From assembly GCF_039530945.1 (NCBI RefSeq), contig NZ_BAAAPC010000008.1, positions 123,234 to 187,233 on the forward strand: DNA of 64,000 nucleotides, read 5' to 3'. The notes beneath the pieces were generated by a model, which did not search any database, was not told the DNA's origin, and saw only the letters and a program-made list of their open reading frames with translations. The position numbers and the translations under genes were made by a program. Below, one piece after another: positions 1 through 10,376 of the stretch. Within the stretch, counting starts at the first letter, position 1. Each line of letters opens with the position of its first letter. This stretch comes from Nocardiopsis rhodophaea (GTDB lineage Bacteria > Actinomycetota > Actinomycetes > Streptosporangiales > Streptosporangiaceae).

Positions 1-583
1 GCGTGAGCAGGTGCGGGCGTTCGTCGGCCACCGAGTCGCCCGACGCGTAGCCCGGCCGCACCATCTCCGGGTGAGCGTGGAGCAAGATCGAGGTCTCCAG
101 TTCCCCGGCGTGCATGTCGGCGTCGATAGAAGTCTCCAGCCCGGCCGCCTCCCGCGCCGCCTGCCAATCGTGGGGCCCGGGAAAGAGGACCATCGACCCT
201 CGCGCCTCCTGGACGACATTCCCCAGAACGTAGTTCCCGCCGTGGCCATTGATGAGGGCCAGCCCCGCGGATCCCGAGCGCCGCACGGAATCGGCGATAT
301 CGCGCACGACCGCGATCAGTGTTTGCGCGGAGATACTCACGGTTCCCGGCCATGCCTCGTGCTCATGCGAACAGGAGATCGTTACCGGAGGCAACACCTG
401 CACCCGCTGCTCCGCGGCAATCGCGTTCGCGATGGTGCAGGCGATCACCGTGTCCGTGGCCGACGGCAGGTGCGGCCCATGCTGCTCGAAGCTTCCGATG
501 GGAAGAAGCGCGACCCCATCCCGGGAGCGCTCGGACTCGGGAGAGGTGTCCATGGGCAGCAGCGGCGAAGAACGTCCGTCCAT
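1..583 (-). CDS. Creatininase-family amidohydrolase (N-terminal part; C-terminus lies beyond the window start)
   Basis: Reverse-strand translation from ATG at 583 gives MDGRSSPLLPMDTSPESERSRDGVALLPIGSFEQHGPHLPSATDTVIAC..., containing the creatininase-family signature (PIGSxEQHGPHLP..TD). GGGGAGG RBS 4 nt upstream. The ORF runs off the window edge. Confidence 0.55.
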   Translation of the reverse strand, partial: MDGRSSPLLPMDTSPESERSRDGVALLPIGSFEQHGPHLPSATDTVIACTIANAIAAEQRVQVLPPVTISCSHEHEAWPGTVSISAQTLIAVVRDIADSVRRSGSAGLALINGHGGNYVLGNVVQEARGSMVLFPGPHDWQAAREAAGLETSIDADMHAGELETSILLHAHPEMVRPGYASGDSVADERPHLLT

Positions 584-734
584 AACCTCCCCGGCTATCA
601 GCCCGCGGCGGGTCCCCGCAACCAACGGCAAGGGGAGCGCAGGTTGACCTCAACATTGGTTGAGGATGTTGGGTGGGTGATGCCAGCGAGGACCGCCGCT
701 TCGGGCGGGGCACAGCACCGAGAAAGGCAGAGCA

Positions 735-1166
735 TTGACGAACGACATCATTGTGGTGGGGGATATTCCGGCACAGGCGCAGGAGGCCGTGACCGGCGTG
801 GTCGAAGCGTTGGAGAAGGCGTTCAACACTAAGGACCCCATCGCGCTGAGCGAGCAGTTCACCCCGCGGACATCCTGGACCAACGCCGCGGGCACACGCC
901 TGGACGACCGCCAGGCCATCGCCGAGTTCGCCGCTCCCGCGATGAAAGGCGTCCTGCGCGATGCTTACGCTCGCTACGACGTCGTCAAGCTGTTCAACAT
1001 CGCGCCTGGGGTGATCGCCGCGAACGTGGCACAAACCCCCACCGACAGCTCAGGCCACCCCGTCGAGGGACCCCGTGGAGCGGCGGTCTATGTGATGGTC
1101 AGGCAGGACGACGGCTGGAAGATCATGGTCGGCCAGAACACCGCCGTCGAGTCCTCCCCCGCTTGA
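735..1166 (+). CDS. SgcJ/EcaC-type NTF2-like (DUF4440/SnoaL-like) protein
   Basis: 143-aa ORF with high GC3; translation MTNDIIVVGD...AAVYVMVRQDDGWKIMVGQNT is typical of the NTF2-like fold family. Confidence 0.55.
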   Translation: MTNDIIVVGDIPAQAQEAVTGVVEALEKAFNTKDPIALSEQFTPRTSWTNAAGTRLDDRQAIAEFAAPAMKGVLRDAYARYDVVKLFNIAPGVIAANVAQTPTDSSGHPVEGPRGAAVYVMVRQDDGWKIMVGQNTAVESSPA

Positions 1167-1481
1167 TGAAGCCCCGCCACCGGCGCGCGTCCGCGTCGGT
1201 GGCCTGGAGCCGATGCCGATCAGTTCGACGTGGGCGGCGGGACCGGCGGTGAACGTAGGGGGCACCACGTCAGTCTCTGCTCCCCGCTGGGACAGCTGCC
1301 CGACGCTCTGGCTCGGGCAGTGGGCCGGTAGGGCGGGCGTCCGCTGCCTGCTGAGGGACGGCTCAGCATCACGTCGCATGCTCCGCGCGGGAGATGACCA
1401 CTCGAAGCATGTCCCGCTACGGTGATCTCCGCACGGTTTGCCGGGATTGTGACACGAGGACCCCGATGCGAGAGAACCCCG

Positions 1482-3818
1482 ATGAGTGACGCCGAAGACG
1501 CACGGCCGCAATCATCCGACGAAGGGGGGAGCGGACCGGGGAAAGGCGGGTCGGGCGTTGCGGAGTCGGCCGGTTCGGTGGCTCCCCTGCTGAAGGCCGA
1601 CACGTCGCCCATAACGGTGGCTCTAGAGGTAGTCCAATCGGCTTTTCGTTCGTTGGCCGCGGCTGTTCTACTACCGCTCCTCCCCCTCGGGCTCGTGATC
1701 ACCCTCGTCACCCTGCTGTGGGCGAGGGACGGGTCCGCGGTGGTCAACAGTGAACTGGTACTTATCAGGTCGGTCGAGGACCTCCCGCCTCCCTTGCTGT
1801 TCCTTGGGCTGCTGCTGATCTCCATCGGGGTGCTTTACGGGCTTTCCGTCTCGTACACGGCTTCGCTTCAGGTCGCAGCCGGAGCCCTGCTACGTCGCCC
1901 GGTCTCCGCCCGCGCGGCTCTTCGGCGAGCGGCGGTGCGACCGTGGGCGATGCTGCTCGCCCTCATCATGCTTCTGGTCAACGTGGTCATCGCGCTCGCC
2001 GCTTTCCAGTACGCGGCGCTGTACATCGACCCGCCGGTGTCCGACTTCTTCGATGCTGAGGAGCCGCTCCCATTCTCGCTGGTCGTGCCGCTGCTCGTTC
2101 TGCTTCCGGCTGTTCACCTGACATTCGCCGCGGTCAGTTCGGCTCTGGAGGGACTCAATCCGCTTCGTGCCGTGAGGCGCGCGCGGGCTCTGCTCCGAGG
2201 GAATTTCGCCGAACCTACGCTGGACCTTGCACTCGTGCTCCTGCTCGCCGGGGCACTGAACTGGCTGTGGCCCCGCGCCTTGAAGTTCACCGGGCTCACG
2301 GGGATCGCGCAGTTCGCGCTTGGGGGCGTGATCCAGGTCCTGGCCGCGATGTGTGTTTCCGTGTTCCTTGCTGGACTCCTGACCGTTCTTGCCCTACCTG
2401 CTGGCGTGAGCGCCGATCGGCGTGCTGCTGACGGCCGACCCGTCGGTTTGGAGGCCGTCCTGCGGCGGCTACCGGATGCGGATGAGCGCAGGCCGCGGCG
2501 TCATCGCGACACCCTCCTTGGTGTCACCGCGGCCATGGTCTCGGTCCTGCTCCTGCCTGGCACTCTGTGGGCGGCTCCGACGCTCATGCCCACCTATACC
2601 GCCCAGATGGGGATGTTGAACGAGGGGACCGCGACGAACCCGGGCGGAGCCATCGGCCTCTGGGTGGGGGAGAGCGGGGTGCTCCTCCGCGGGGCGCAGG
2701 AAAGTACGACTGCGTGGTGCGACCCGAACTGCCGCGCGGTCGGTACGGAGGCGGATGGCATTTCGGAAACGTCGGAGTTCGTGGTGGCTGACTCCGCATC
2801 AGGAGCCGATGCCGAGCTCGTCCATGTCCGATGGGAGCACAGGGACGAATCACGCTTGCTGGTGTCGAGAGTGTGCCAGGGAAGGGGCATCGCCTGCGGA
2901 GACCAGGCGACCACCACGCTGCGGTCGCATGAGACCGACCTCCTGTACCGAGCAAGCAAGGACGAACAGGCACGTCACTATGGGCCAGCGGCCGTACGCT
3001 TCGTAGCGGCCCAGGGAACCGAGGACGGCATCACCGTGGCCTCTCTAGCCGCGCTCCCCGACGCCGCAGCGTTCGACGTGCAGATTCACCGGTGCGCCGA
3101 CGCACTCTGCCGTGAGCACACGGCGACATCCGTGGGGAAAGTGCCGCTGTTCCACCAACCCGAGGGCTACAACCTCACCGGTCACCCCGTCGACCTGGCC
3201 GTCCGCCCGGACAAGTCAGCTGTCATCAGCGTCTACGACCCCTTCGACGGTTCCGTGACGCTGCTGTCGTGTTCGGACCCGGACTGCTCCGAGAGCACAC
3301 AGCGAACCCTGAAACCCGCACGCTATGTCAGGAGCGAAGATGGTGAATTCCCGGGGAAGTCGCTTGTGAGTGGGTCCCGCATCGAGGTTCGGCCGAATGG
3401 GCGCCCCGTCATCGCCTACCGCGATCCTTCCGACGGCTCCTCGCGGATCCTGGACTGCCAGGACGTGCGGTGTTCCGAGACAGAAGAGCGTGACCTCACC
3501 GGGCCGGGAACGCAGCGCCCGCTGCCGGGGCTGGCAGTCGACGGCGAGGGCCGTCCACAACTCGTGACGACTGATGCCGAGGGGAAGGAACTGATCCTGA
3601 TCTCCTGCGAGGACACGGAGTGCGCGGATACGCGTACGGTTCCGCTGCTTCCGGATGGCGAATCACTGTTCCTCGATGTCGCCCTCGGTTTGGACGGTCA
3701 GGACCGTCCCGTCATCGCGGCCGACTACCTTGCGAACCGCCCTGGCGTCGCGATTCTTGAGGAGGACGGCCCCATTCTGATCCGCTGTGACCGTCCAGCG
3801 TGCGGAGCTACTGGTTGA
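1482..3818 (+). CDS. Polytopic membrane protein with an extracytoplasmic domain built of about 6 tandem Cys-pair modules
   Basis: Long ORF with high GC3. The N-terminal 350 aa contain several hydrophobic helices. The C-terminal half has repeated L-L/I-x-C-x-D-x-x-C motifs (C-x4-C, first pair C-x6-C) every 50-73 aa. ATG at 1482 is preferred over the GTG at 1422. Confidence 0.55.
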   Translation: MSDAEDARPQSSDEGGSGPGKGGSGVAESAGSVAPLLKADTSPITVALEVVQSAFRSLAAAVLLPLLPLGLVITLVTLLWARDGSAVVNSELVLIRSVEDLPPPLLFLGLLLISIGVLYGLSVSYTASLQVAAGALLRRPVSARAALRRAAVRPWAMLLALIMLLVNVVIALAAFQYAALYIDPPVSDFFDAEEPLPFSLVVPLLVLLPAVHLTFAAVSSALEGLNPLRAVRRARALLRGNFAEPTLDLALVLLLAGALNWLWPRALKFTGLTGIAQFALGGVIQVLAAMCVSVFLAGLLTVLALPAGVSADRRAADGRPVGLEAVLRRLPDADERRPRRHRDTLLGVTAAMVSVLLLPGTLWAAPTLMPTYTAQMGMLNEGTATNPGGAIGLWVGESGVLLRGAQESTTAWCDPNCRAVGTEADGISETSEFVVADSASGADAELVHVRWEHRDESRLLVSRVCQGRGIACGDQATTTLRSHETDLLYRASKDEQARHYGPAAVRFVAAQGTEDGITVASLAALPDAAAFDVQIHRCADALCREHTATSVGKVPLFHQPEGYNLTGHPVDLAVRPDKSAVISVYDPFDGSVTLLSCSDPDCSESTQRTLKPARYVRSEDGEFPGKSLVSGSRIEVRPNGRPVIAYRDPSDGSSRILDCQDVRCSETEERDLTGPGTQRPLPGLAVDGEGRPQLVTTDAEGKELILISCEDTECADTRTVPLLPDGESLFLDVALGLDGQDRPVIAADYLANRPGVAILEEDGPILIRCDRPACGATG
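2860..3818 (+). repeat. Six tandem protein-level modules (about 150-220 nt each), each with a paired-cysteine motif, inside the 1482..3818 CDS
   Basis: First Cys codons at 2873, 3093, 3270, 3457, 3606 and 3785. Partner Cys codons are 15-21 nt downstream of each. The flanking hydrophobic/acidic pattern is conserved (LLSCSDPDCSE, ILDCQDVRCSE, ILISCEDTECAD, ILIRCDRPACG). Confidence 0.4.
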
Positions 3819-4998
3819 TCGCGAAGAGCCGCGCGTTGTCGCAGAGCAGAGCGTCGCGGATCGCGGCGGGCTCATCCTGCAACCGCACTGCGTCGGGCGC
3901 GCAGGCGACACCGAGCTGTGCATCGGTGCTGGACCACTCGCCATAGACCGACAAACTGAGGGTCCCAATCCCGGCATGGTCGGCTTCTGAACGCGGTCCG
4001 GGCGGCCAGATGTAGGTGCGAAGGTCGCCTCCGGAATAGCTGATTCGCTCTCCGGTGGAGTCCAACGCCCGTGAGGAGACCTCGTGTGCGTCCCACCGTT
4101 CGGGAGCGTCGGTGCCCTCTCCCGGCAGTCTGTCACCGGTACGGGCATCGAACCGTCGAACCTCGTAGGCCTGCGGCTCTTCGGCGCCGGAGTCCGGGCT
4201 CTTGAAGCCGCGGCGGACATAGAGCACGTCGTCGATCAGAACCTGCGAGAACTCGGCCCACGTCTCGTCTTCGAGGCGCCTGTCGAACTCGACGCTCCAC
4301 TTCTCGTCGCCGGACATCAGATCGTAGGCGGTGTACCTGTACGGCTCGTCCTGTAAGGCGTCATGCCAGGCGATGTATGAGTCGTCGGACGCTCCGACCA
4401 CGACCGTGTCCGCGTCAAGGGGGGTCCGGTTCAGAACACCGCCGTCGTTCCGGTCGAGAAGTACGAGCTCACCCACGTTTCGGAAGTGCTGGTCGCCCGA
4501 ACGGAGCAGCGCGACGATTCCGGCGTCCGACGCGAAGAACGCATGCGTCTCGGCCGGGATGTCCCCCCTAAGGTCGGTACTCCAGGCCACCTCGCCGGTC
4601 TCGGGGTCAAGGGCGCGGACCATGTCGTCCTCGGCGTGGTAGAGGACGCCGGACAGTACCTCGGCCGAGTGTGTTGCCTGTGGAGTGATCCGGCTGTCGG
4701 CGTTGAACAGCTTGTCGCCCCGATCACCGATCCCCACGTAGTGATCCCCTTCCAGAGGGATCGACCAGCGCAGGGTGCCGGCGGCCGTGCAGTCCTCGCC
4801 GTCCCGTCGGCCGTCGATACAAAGGACCGGCTCGACCGGGCTCAGGGAGGACGGCGGATAGTCCACGCGGACGGTTCTTCCGGATCCCTCCGTATCGGAC
4901 TCCGCAGTGAGGGAGGGGAGCGTGTCGGTCACGGGGCTGACGCATCCCGTCAACAGAACAGAGACCGCAGCTAGAGGGACGAATTGGACAGCACGCAT
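3808..4998 (-). CDS. Lipoprotein with PQQ-like/BamB-like beta-propeller repeats
   Basis: N-terminus MRAVQFVPLAAVSVLLTGC (signal peptide plus lipobox). Repeated G-x-VYxx..DG.L.A.D..TG...W motifs follow. Its end converges with the previous gene at 3808-3818. Confidence 0.5.
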   Translation of the reverse strand: MRAVQFVPLAAVSVLLTGCVSPVTDTLPSLTAESDTEGSGRTVRVDYPPSSLSPVEPVLCIDGRRDGEDCTAAGTLRWSIPLEGDHYVGIGDRGDKLFNADSRITPQATHSAEVLSGVLYHAEDDMVRALDPETGEVAWSTDLRGDIPAETHAFFASDAGIVALLRSGDQHFRNVGELVLLDRNDGGVLNRTPLDADTVVVGASDDSYIAWHDALQDEPYRYTAYDLMSGDEKWSVEFDRRLEDETWAEFSQVLIDDVLYVRRGFKSPDSGAEEPQAYEVRRFDARTGDRLPGEGTDAPERWDAHEVSSRALDSTGERISYSGGDLRTYIWPPGPRSEADHAGIGTLSLSVYGEWSSTDAQLGVACAPDAVRLQDEPAAIRDALLCDNARLFAINQ

Positions 4999-5371
4999 GG
5001 TGGGTCAGCGTATCGGCCCCGTGGTGCCTCACTCACGCACGTTGCTCCCGATCCGAGACCATAGGGGCCAGGCCGGGGGCGATTGGGCGACGTTGGCGGT
5101 CAGCTCCACACGATTAAGGCTGCCAGACTCCGTGGGTTCTTCCGCGGCGCCCTCCCTCCCCTGTTCGCTCGAACGTAGGCCGAGCAGACCGGGCCACCCC
5201 TCCTGGTCGCTTGGAAGCCGCCATCTGAACGCAGGTTGCGGCCATTGACAGATGGTTGTGAAGATCAGGGTCCCTTTCGAGGCCACGATGCCCTTGCTGA
5301 GTCTTCGACAATCAGGTCGCGGCGAGAGTCTCGGGGCCGAGGATCTTGGTGTCCTGGGCGGCGGCGATGCG

Positions 5372-5810
5372 TTATTCGCCATCCTTCTTTGCCAGAAGGT
5401 ACAACGGGGTGTGTGGGACCGCGTCGGGATGGTCGGCCACTGACGCGGCCGGATCCTCATGTCCGCGAAACACCCCATCGAGCGGCTGCCCGCCGTGGGT
5501 GACCGGACGCTGGCGGATCTTGACCGCCGCGATATCGGATCGGATGAACAAGATGTACTCGGCCTCGTAGGCAGCGGTCACCGGCTGCTCAATCGTGCCA
5601 GCCAGCACCTTGTGGGCGAATGCGCTGATCTCCGCGAAACCAGTCAGTCGCTTTCCGTGAGCGGTGGTCCAGACGGTGTCCTGGCGGAATGCGGTCATGA
5701 ACGCGTCCGGAAGCGCGTTCTGCTGGGCGCATTCGACTCCAGAGACCAGGGCAATAATGGCGTCCACGTCTTCCTGGGGTTCCGTGACACCGGCGACTTT
5801 GGGCCTCATG
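5372..5810 (-). CDS. SnoaL-like/NTF2-like domain protein
   Basis: Translation from ATG at 5810 (MRPKVAGVTEPQEDVDAIIALVSGVECAQQN...) matches the SgcJ/EcaC/SnoaL-like fold. High GC3. Confidence 0.5.
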
Positions 5811-6207
5811 ATGCGTCTTCTCACCGCGACGGGGGCGCCTGCGTATCGCCCGCGATCTCCGTTCGGCACACGTTCAGCCTCCAACATCAACCAAGGTTGA
5901 GATCAATGCAGTGTGGCGTGACGAGGTGGCAGAGCTTGCCGGCAGAGGTGGACGGCACCTCGCTCGTTCGTGCCGTCGCCACTGAGGCCTCCCACGAACG
6001 GTTGGCCTGAACTGCATTGAATAGGACTGGTCACCTCGCGGAAATGCTGTTTTCCTTCGGCGTTGCAGGAAATAGGTGTGGAGCATCAAGCCTATGAGAG
6101 CTGCCGGTACGCGGGTCAGTTCTTCAAGAACAAACGAGGAGTGTGATTGCCAGTGGATGATGCCGTGGGGAAAATTTATGAACGTTACTATTCCTCGGAT
6201 CTGCCAA

Positions 6208-6591
6208 CTAAACTTTCGTATCTGATGGCCGCTGTCTGCGTGGCCAACTCAGAATCGATATGGTCGTGAACACGCTGGTAGGTATAGCAACCAGGAGAGC
6301 CCAGGAAAGTCGTTCCGTACGTCGAGCATCGCATACGTTGTGCGCGAGGCTGAAGTCGTCCGTTACTGTGCCTCCTCGATCCCATGACTTTATCGCTCCA
6401 CCCTGGGGCGTCTTCGGGGGACCGGAGATGATAAGAGAGCCACACGTCAACTCATTTCCATCTGCTGTCCCAATTCCACGGTATCCGATAGGAGGCACTA
6501 TCAATAGATACGCAAGTGCAATATATCCGAGGGCGGCGAGGACTGCAGATTTTGGTTTTCTTGCTGACTTGTTATCGGTAATTTGCGACAC
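6208..6591 (-). CDS. Small two-TM membrane protein (candidate immunity protein of the island)
   Basis: 127-aa ORF immediately downstream of the 846-aa gene on the same strand. Two hydrophobic helices (AVLAALGYIALAYLLIVPPIG, LSWALLVAIPTSVFTTISIL). Low-GC codon usage like its neighbour. Confidence 0.4.
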   Translation of the reverse strand: MSQITDNKSARKPKSAVLAALGYIALAYLLIVPPIGYRGIGTADGNELTCGSLIISGPPKTPQGGAIKSWDRGGTVTDDFSLAHNVCDARRTERLSWALLVAIPTSVFTTISILSWPRRQRPSDTKV

Positions 6592-6716
6592 CTTCTTAAC
6601 GCGGGCCCTAACGAGGGGGTTCTATGGTTGCCGGGCGTGAATCCACTAACTGCACTTATTCGAATAGCAAGATTGTGAAATTGAGCAGGTGATTTGCCGG
6701 GTTCATGGTCGGGATT

Positions 6717-9257
6717 CTAATCTTCGCCCTTTCTTCTGAGGTCCTCTGACTCCTCATAACCCCCATTGTAAAACTTTACATACTCATTTGCTTCTTCCTT
6801 GAATCCAGTCGCCCCCAGTGATCCATCGATGTTTCCGAATGCTTGGTCGCGGCGCCCTGGCTTTAGTTCCTCAGGTATTTTCGGCAGCCCCTCAAGTCCC
6901 GACACAGAGTATTCTCCGTTCGTAAGATTTTCATGTATTTTATCCTTGCCGATTTCCCCGTTTTCCTTGAGGTGGTTGAGCATTTGCAATTTTATTTCCA
7001 ATTCCGTTCTCATTTCTCCGTCGTTCATGTAGGATGCCTCTCCGCTCTTGAGTGCGTCCTCCACTGCTTCGTACTTTGATGGATTGTGGTCCCAAAAGTA
7101 ATCTGTTCCACCCTTAATCAAAGTTGCCGTTGAGCCTCCAACGTAAGGAATCTCACCGACAAGTTGGTCAACGAAAGCTTGGGTCGACACCTTTCCGATG
7201 GTGTTAAGGTAGTCCTCTGCTGCTCGTTGGTCGCCGAAGCGACGGAAGCCCTCGTTGTAAACTGCGGAGTCGAATAGACCCTTGAGCCTCCCGCTGTTTC
7301 CCCCGGTTACCGCGTGAGGATCGTCCAATTCATCGCTCCCACTGGCTTCGAAGTAAGTTTCGACCATGGTAGCTTGATGATTCTTAATATCTGTATACAT
7401 CTCCTTGGCAGAATCTTCATCGCTCGCTATGAGCTGCATGAAGTTCACTCGATTCTCTGCGGGAATGGAAATATACTCTCCATTATCTGAAAGCGGATCA
7501 TCTTCTTCGCCGCTGTAGAAGTTGAAGTGCTCAGATTCGGAATCTCTGCCAAAGTCGTTTATGTATGATTCGAAGATACTGAGCATGCTCTTAGATAGCT
7601 CTGGATTGGCTTCCCCGAATCCCGAACCAAAGAAATCGCTGAAAGAATCATTGGTTTCGATTGCTTCATGCATCGATTCATCAGTGATCCTCTCGATGAA
7701 TCCTATGGCAGCTTCTGCGGCAATTCGTCGAGTTTTTTCTGCGTCTTCAACCTGGCGATAATTACTTGAGTCAGAGGCCTCTTCATCTGAGTCTTCCGCG
7801 ATCCAGTCGGTAAGCCCGGCTAGGGCCTTCCCATCGTCCTTCCAATTGTAGGAGTAGAGTCCCTTTAGTGCTTTTGTAATATCGTCATCAGTTAGAGATG
7901 AGCTTTCGTAGTTCCCTGTGAGGATGAGGTAGTTCGCGTTCTTGTTGAGTGTGGTCCGTTCAATGACGTTCTGGAACGGTTCACTTCCAGCGTGACTGTC
8001 GAAATGGAGAAAATTTCCCCCGTTTTTCTCAAGTTCTACTCCAATGGTTGTTGTGAGGCCTGCTGAGAATCCAGTTCCTCCTTGTAGTTTTTCGGGGGCA
8101 TGCTGCAGCAGCTGGGAAAGCCTGTAAGTGTCATGCGCCCAGTTGTCGATCTTTCCTGGATATTCGTATCTACCAGACCCCTCCACTGCGTTTTTGACGC
8201 TTGCTGGGACGTCGTCGTAGCCGCCCCCTAGGCGAGTGTCTGATGCTACGAGGATGCCGCCTCCGATGGCACCCAGGATGGCTTTCTGGTCGTCCTCTGG
8301 GACGTCTAGCATTTCCAAATGGTCAGGAAGGGATAGCACGCCAGGTGATCTGTAGATATTGTGTGCTTCTCCTTCTGTGCCTGGTGGTACTGGAACGGGG
8401 TCAAGGGTTTCTAGTTTTGAATTGACGGCATCAATGAACGCTTTCTCGTCCTTGCTGAGGCCCTTTCCAGTACCTTGGTGCTCCGCCGATTTTTTTCCAA
8501 GGGCATTAAGGATGAGGACGAGCTCTTCGTAATCGCAGTCAGCAAGGGTTCCGTCCTCTATTCCTTTTTTGAGCTTTTCGGCGTATTTCTTTCCGCTTTC
8601 CTTGTTTACAGGTAGGGGGATGGGCTGGGTAGGGCCCAGGATGTTGTAGGCGCCCCAGCCAACTACGCCAGCGTCAGTTAGTCGTTTGATGACTTCATCG
8701 TCGACACCAGTCTCCAGGTCGTTTTTGCGTTGCTTTGCTTCCTCCTCAAAGTCTTCTTGGGCCTTCTCTGCTTGCTTAATGAGCTCCCTCAGTTTGTTTT
8801 CTTTAGCGGTGTCATACGAGACCCAGGGAGCCCCAGGCCAGTTGCCTACAGTGGATGAGGAGGAGGGGTATCGAGGGATGCTTGTTGGGTTGTTGGGATC
8901 AGAGGCGGTCGCAGTTGGGCCAGGTCTGGGCGGGAAGGAGTCCCACTCCTTCTGAATTTCGTCCAATTCCTTCCGGAAGTTCTCTACGTTCTTGACCCAT
9001 AGATCCGTGATCCAGGTGCCTACCATGCAGTTCGCAGAGGCGTCTCTCCACTTCTGCTCGTCATATTGCCCTTGTGTCTTGATGTCATCCGCGACAAGTT
9101 CTGAGAACTCGGAGGCGCTTTGTGTTATGGCACTTCTTACATCTCCCCCGTGTCCCGTCATTTTCTGGACAATGTTAGTGAACTGCTTCGAAGCGTCTTT
9201 CAGGTCGTCGACTCGGATTGTGTCGTCGTCGTAGTTATCGCGGAAAAATCTTCCCAT
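6717..9257 (-). CDS. Large (846 aa) low-GC protein, putative secreted effector/polymorphic-toxin-like protein with an N-terminal helical domain
   Basis: Uninterrupted 2.5-kb ORF in the low-GC island. The N-terminal 100 aa are helical with a QKWRDAS stretch, followed by a Pro/Ser-rich linker and a large globular C-terminal region. No recognisable enzyme motif by eye. Confidence 0.6.
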   Translation of the reverse strand: MGRFFRDNYDDDTIRVDDLKDASKQFTNIVQKMTGHGGDVRSAITQSASEFSELVADDIKTQGQYDEQKWRDASANCMVGTWITDLWVKNVENFRKELDEIQKEWDSFPPRPGPTATASDPNNPTSIPRYPSSSSTVGNWPGAPWVSYDTAKENKLRELIKQAEKAQEDFEEEAKQRKNDLETGVDDEVIKRLTDAGVVGWGAYNILGPTQPIPLPVNKESGKKYAEKLKKGIEDGTLADCDYEELVLILNALGKKSAEHQGTGKGLSKDEKAFIDAVNSKLETLDPVPVPPGTEGEAHNIYRSPGVLSLPDHLEMLDVPEDDQKAILGAIGGGILVASDTRLGGGYDDVPASVKNAVEGSGRYEYPGKIDNWAHDTYRLSQLLQHAPEKLQGGTGFSAGLTTTIGVELEKNGGNFLHFDSHAGSEPFQNVIERTTLNKNANYLILTGNYESSSLTDDDITKALKGLYSYNWKDDGKALAGLTDWIAEDSDEEASDSSNYRQVEDAEKTRRIAAEAAIGFIERITDESMHEAIETNDSFSDFFGSGFGEANPELSKSMLSIFESYINDFGRDSESEHFNFYSGEEDDPLSDNGEYISIPAENRVNFMQLIASDEDSAKEMYTDIKNHQATMVETYFEASGSDELDDPHAVTGGNSGRLKGLFDSAVYNEGFRRFGDQRAAEDYLNTIGKVSTQAFVDQLVGEIPYVGGSTATLIKGGTDYFWDHNPSKYEAVEDALKSGEASYMNDGEMRTELEIKLQMLNHLKENGEIGKDKIHENLTNGEYSVSGLEGLPKIPEELKPGRRDQAFGNIDGSLGATGFKEEANEYVKFYNGGYEESEDLRRKGED

Positions 9258-9268
9258 GGAGGGCTCCT

Positions 9269-9607
9269 CTACAGATCGACGTTCGGGTTGCGCTTCAAGA
9301 ATGCGTCGCCGGAACGTTGGAAATTATGAGCATTTTCATCATCAGTTGCTCCGAGGGCGCCTCCTGCGACTTGGATGTTTCCGCCCATCTGCTTTCCGTG
9401 CTCGGCAACCTTCATCATGACCCCGATAGCGTCACCGCGGAAGAGTGAGTAGCCATCACCAACAGCCTGTTTCCCAGAAGCATCTTTTGCATTTTCACAT
9501 GCTTTTTTGAAAATTTGTTCGATATCCTTAAATTGCTCGGAAATTTCTACTGTCTGTTTGCCCTTTTGTTTGGCTGGTTCCGGGTTTCCGGCCGGTCCTT
9601 CGGCCAT
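9269..9607 (-). CDS. Small (112 aa) helical protein, first gene of the island operon (possible export helper/chaperone)
   Basis: ORF ends 12 nt upstream of the 846-aa gene start. Lys/Glu-rich helical sequence. Same strand and low-GC composition. Confidence 0.4.
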   Translation of the reverse strand: MAEGPAGNPEPAKQKGKQTVEISEQFKDIEQIFKKACENAKDASGKQAVGDGYSLFRGDAIGVMMKVAEHGKQMGGNIQVAGGALGATDDENAHNFQRSGDAFLKRNPNVDL

Positions 9608-9921
9608 GGGACTCCTGTCACAGGTGAAGGTAGGGAGGGGCAGGCGTGATCCGCACCGTGGTCACTCTGGGTGATGTCTTGCTGATTGAAGTAGCTAGTA
9701 CGTTTACCACAATCAGGCGGCATACTGCTCATGAAGTCTGCGTTGCGTGTGGTGTCCCTCGTTGACCGGTGTCACAGGGGCCATTAATGTCGCTGTGGGC
9801 GTGGTCCAGGGGGTATGTGGCGGTGTGCCGTCGGCGTTGGCCCGCCTGGGCCTTGGTGAGCGCGCGCGGGGCCAGCCCCCGCGCTTCCCCCAGTCTTGAT
9901 TCTCATTCCGAAGGGATGCAC

Positions 9922-10260
9922 ATGAGTGAACACGTTGGTTTGACTCAGGCAGATGCGCTCTCGAAGGGGGGTGAAGGCCTCGGGGAGTCGTCTGAGGGGC
10001 TGTGGCAGCAGCTTGGGCGGCTAATCGAGGACATGGACAAGGACAGCCAGTCGCTCCAGGGCAACGCGCTGCACAAGTTCCGGCAGGCGCGGGGGGAGCT
10101 GACGCAGCGGTTCGACGAGCTGATGACCTGGTGCTCGAACAACGGCATCAAGTTGAACGAGGGCCAGAAGCAGATCAACACCACCGACACCCAGGCCGGT
10201 GACGACTTCGGCAGCGCGGGCAACCAGCTCGGCGGTCTCTCGCGTCCGGTCAACGGCTAA
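9922..10260 (+). CDS. esxB: WXG100-family (EsxB/CFP-10-like) small secreted protein
   Basis: About 112-aa helical-hairpin protein (MSEHVGLTQADALSKGGEGLGESSEGLWQQLGRLIEDMDKDSQSLQGNALHKF...) directly upstream of a canonical WXG protein. AAGGG RBS. Lacks an exact W-x-G, as many EsxB proteins do. Confidence 0.55.
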   Translation: MSEHVGLTQADALSKGGEGLGESSEGLWQQLGRLIEDMDKDSQSLQGNALHKFRQARGELTQRFDELMTWCSNNGIKLNEGQKQINTTDTQAGDDFGSAGNQLGGLSRPVNG

Positions 10261-10376
10261 GGCAGCCAGTAGGGCTAAGAGCCGCCGGGACGGTTCGGTC
10301 CTGCGGGTGAGCTCGCGCCCCTAACTTCTGTCCCCCTCCCTGGTACAGGGACCCCACTCACGAGTAGGAAAACGTC

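Larger units (their letters stand above)
6000..9700. other. Low-GC genomic island (about 45-50% GC in a background of about 70% GC)
   Basis: Visible drop in G+C and a switch to A/T-ending codons (aaa, gat, tat, ttt) across 6.0-9.7 kb. Flanks return to host composition. Confidence 0.6.

Noticed and set aside
5029-5478. 149-aa minus ORF between the lipoprotein gene and the SnoaL-like gene
   Set aside because: Arg/Pro/Trp-rich translation, overlaps the better-supported 5372..5810 CDS, and lacks an RBS.
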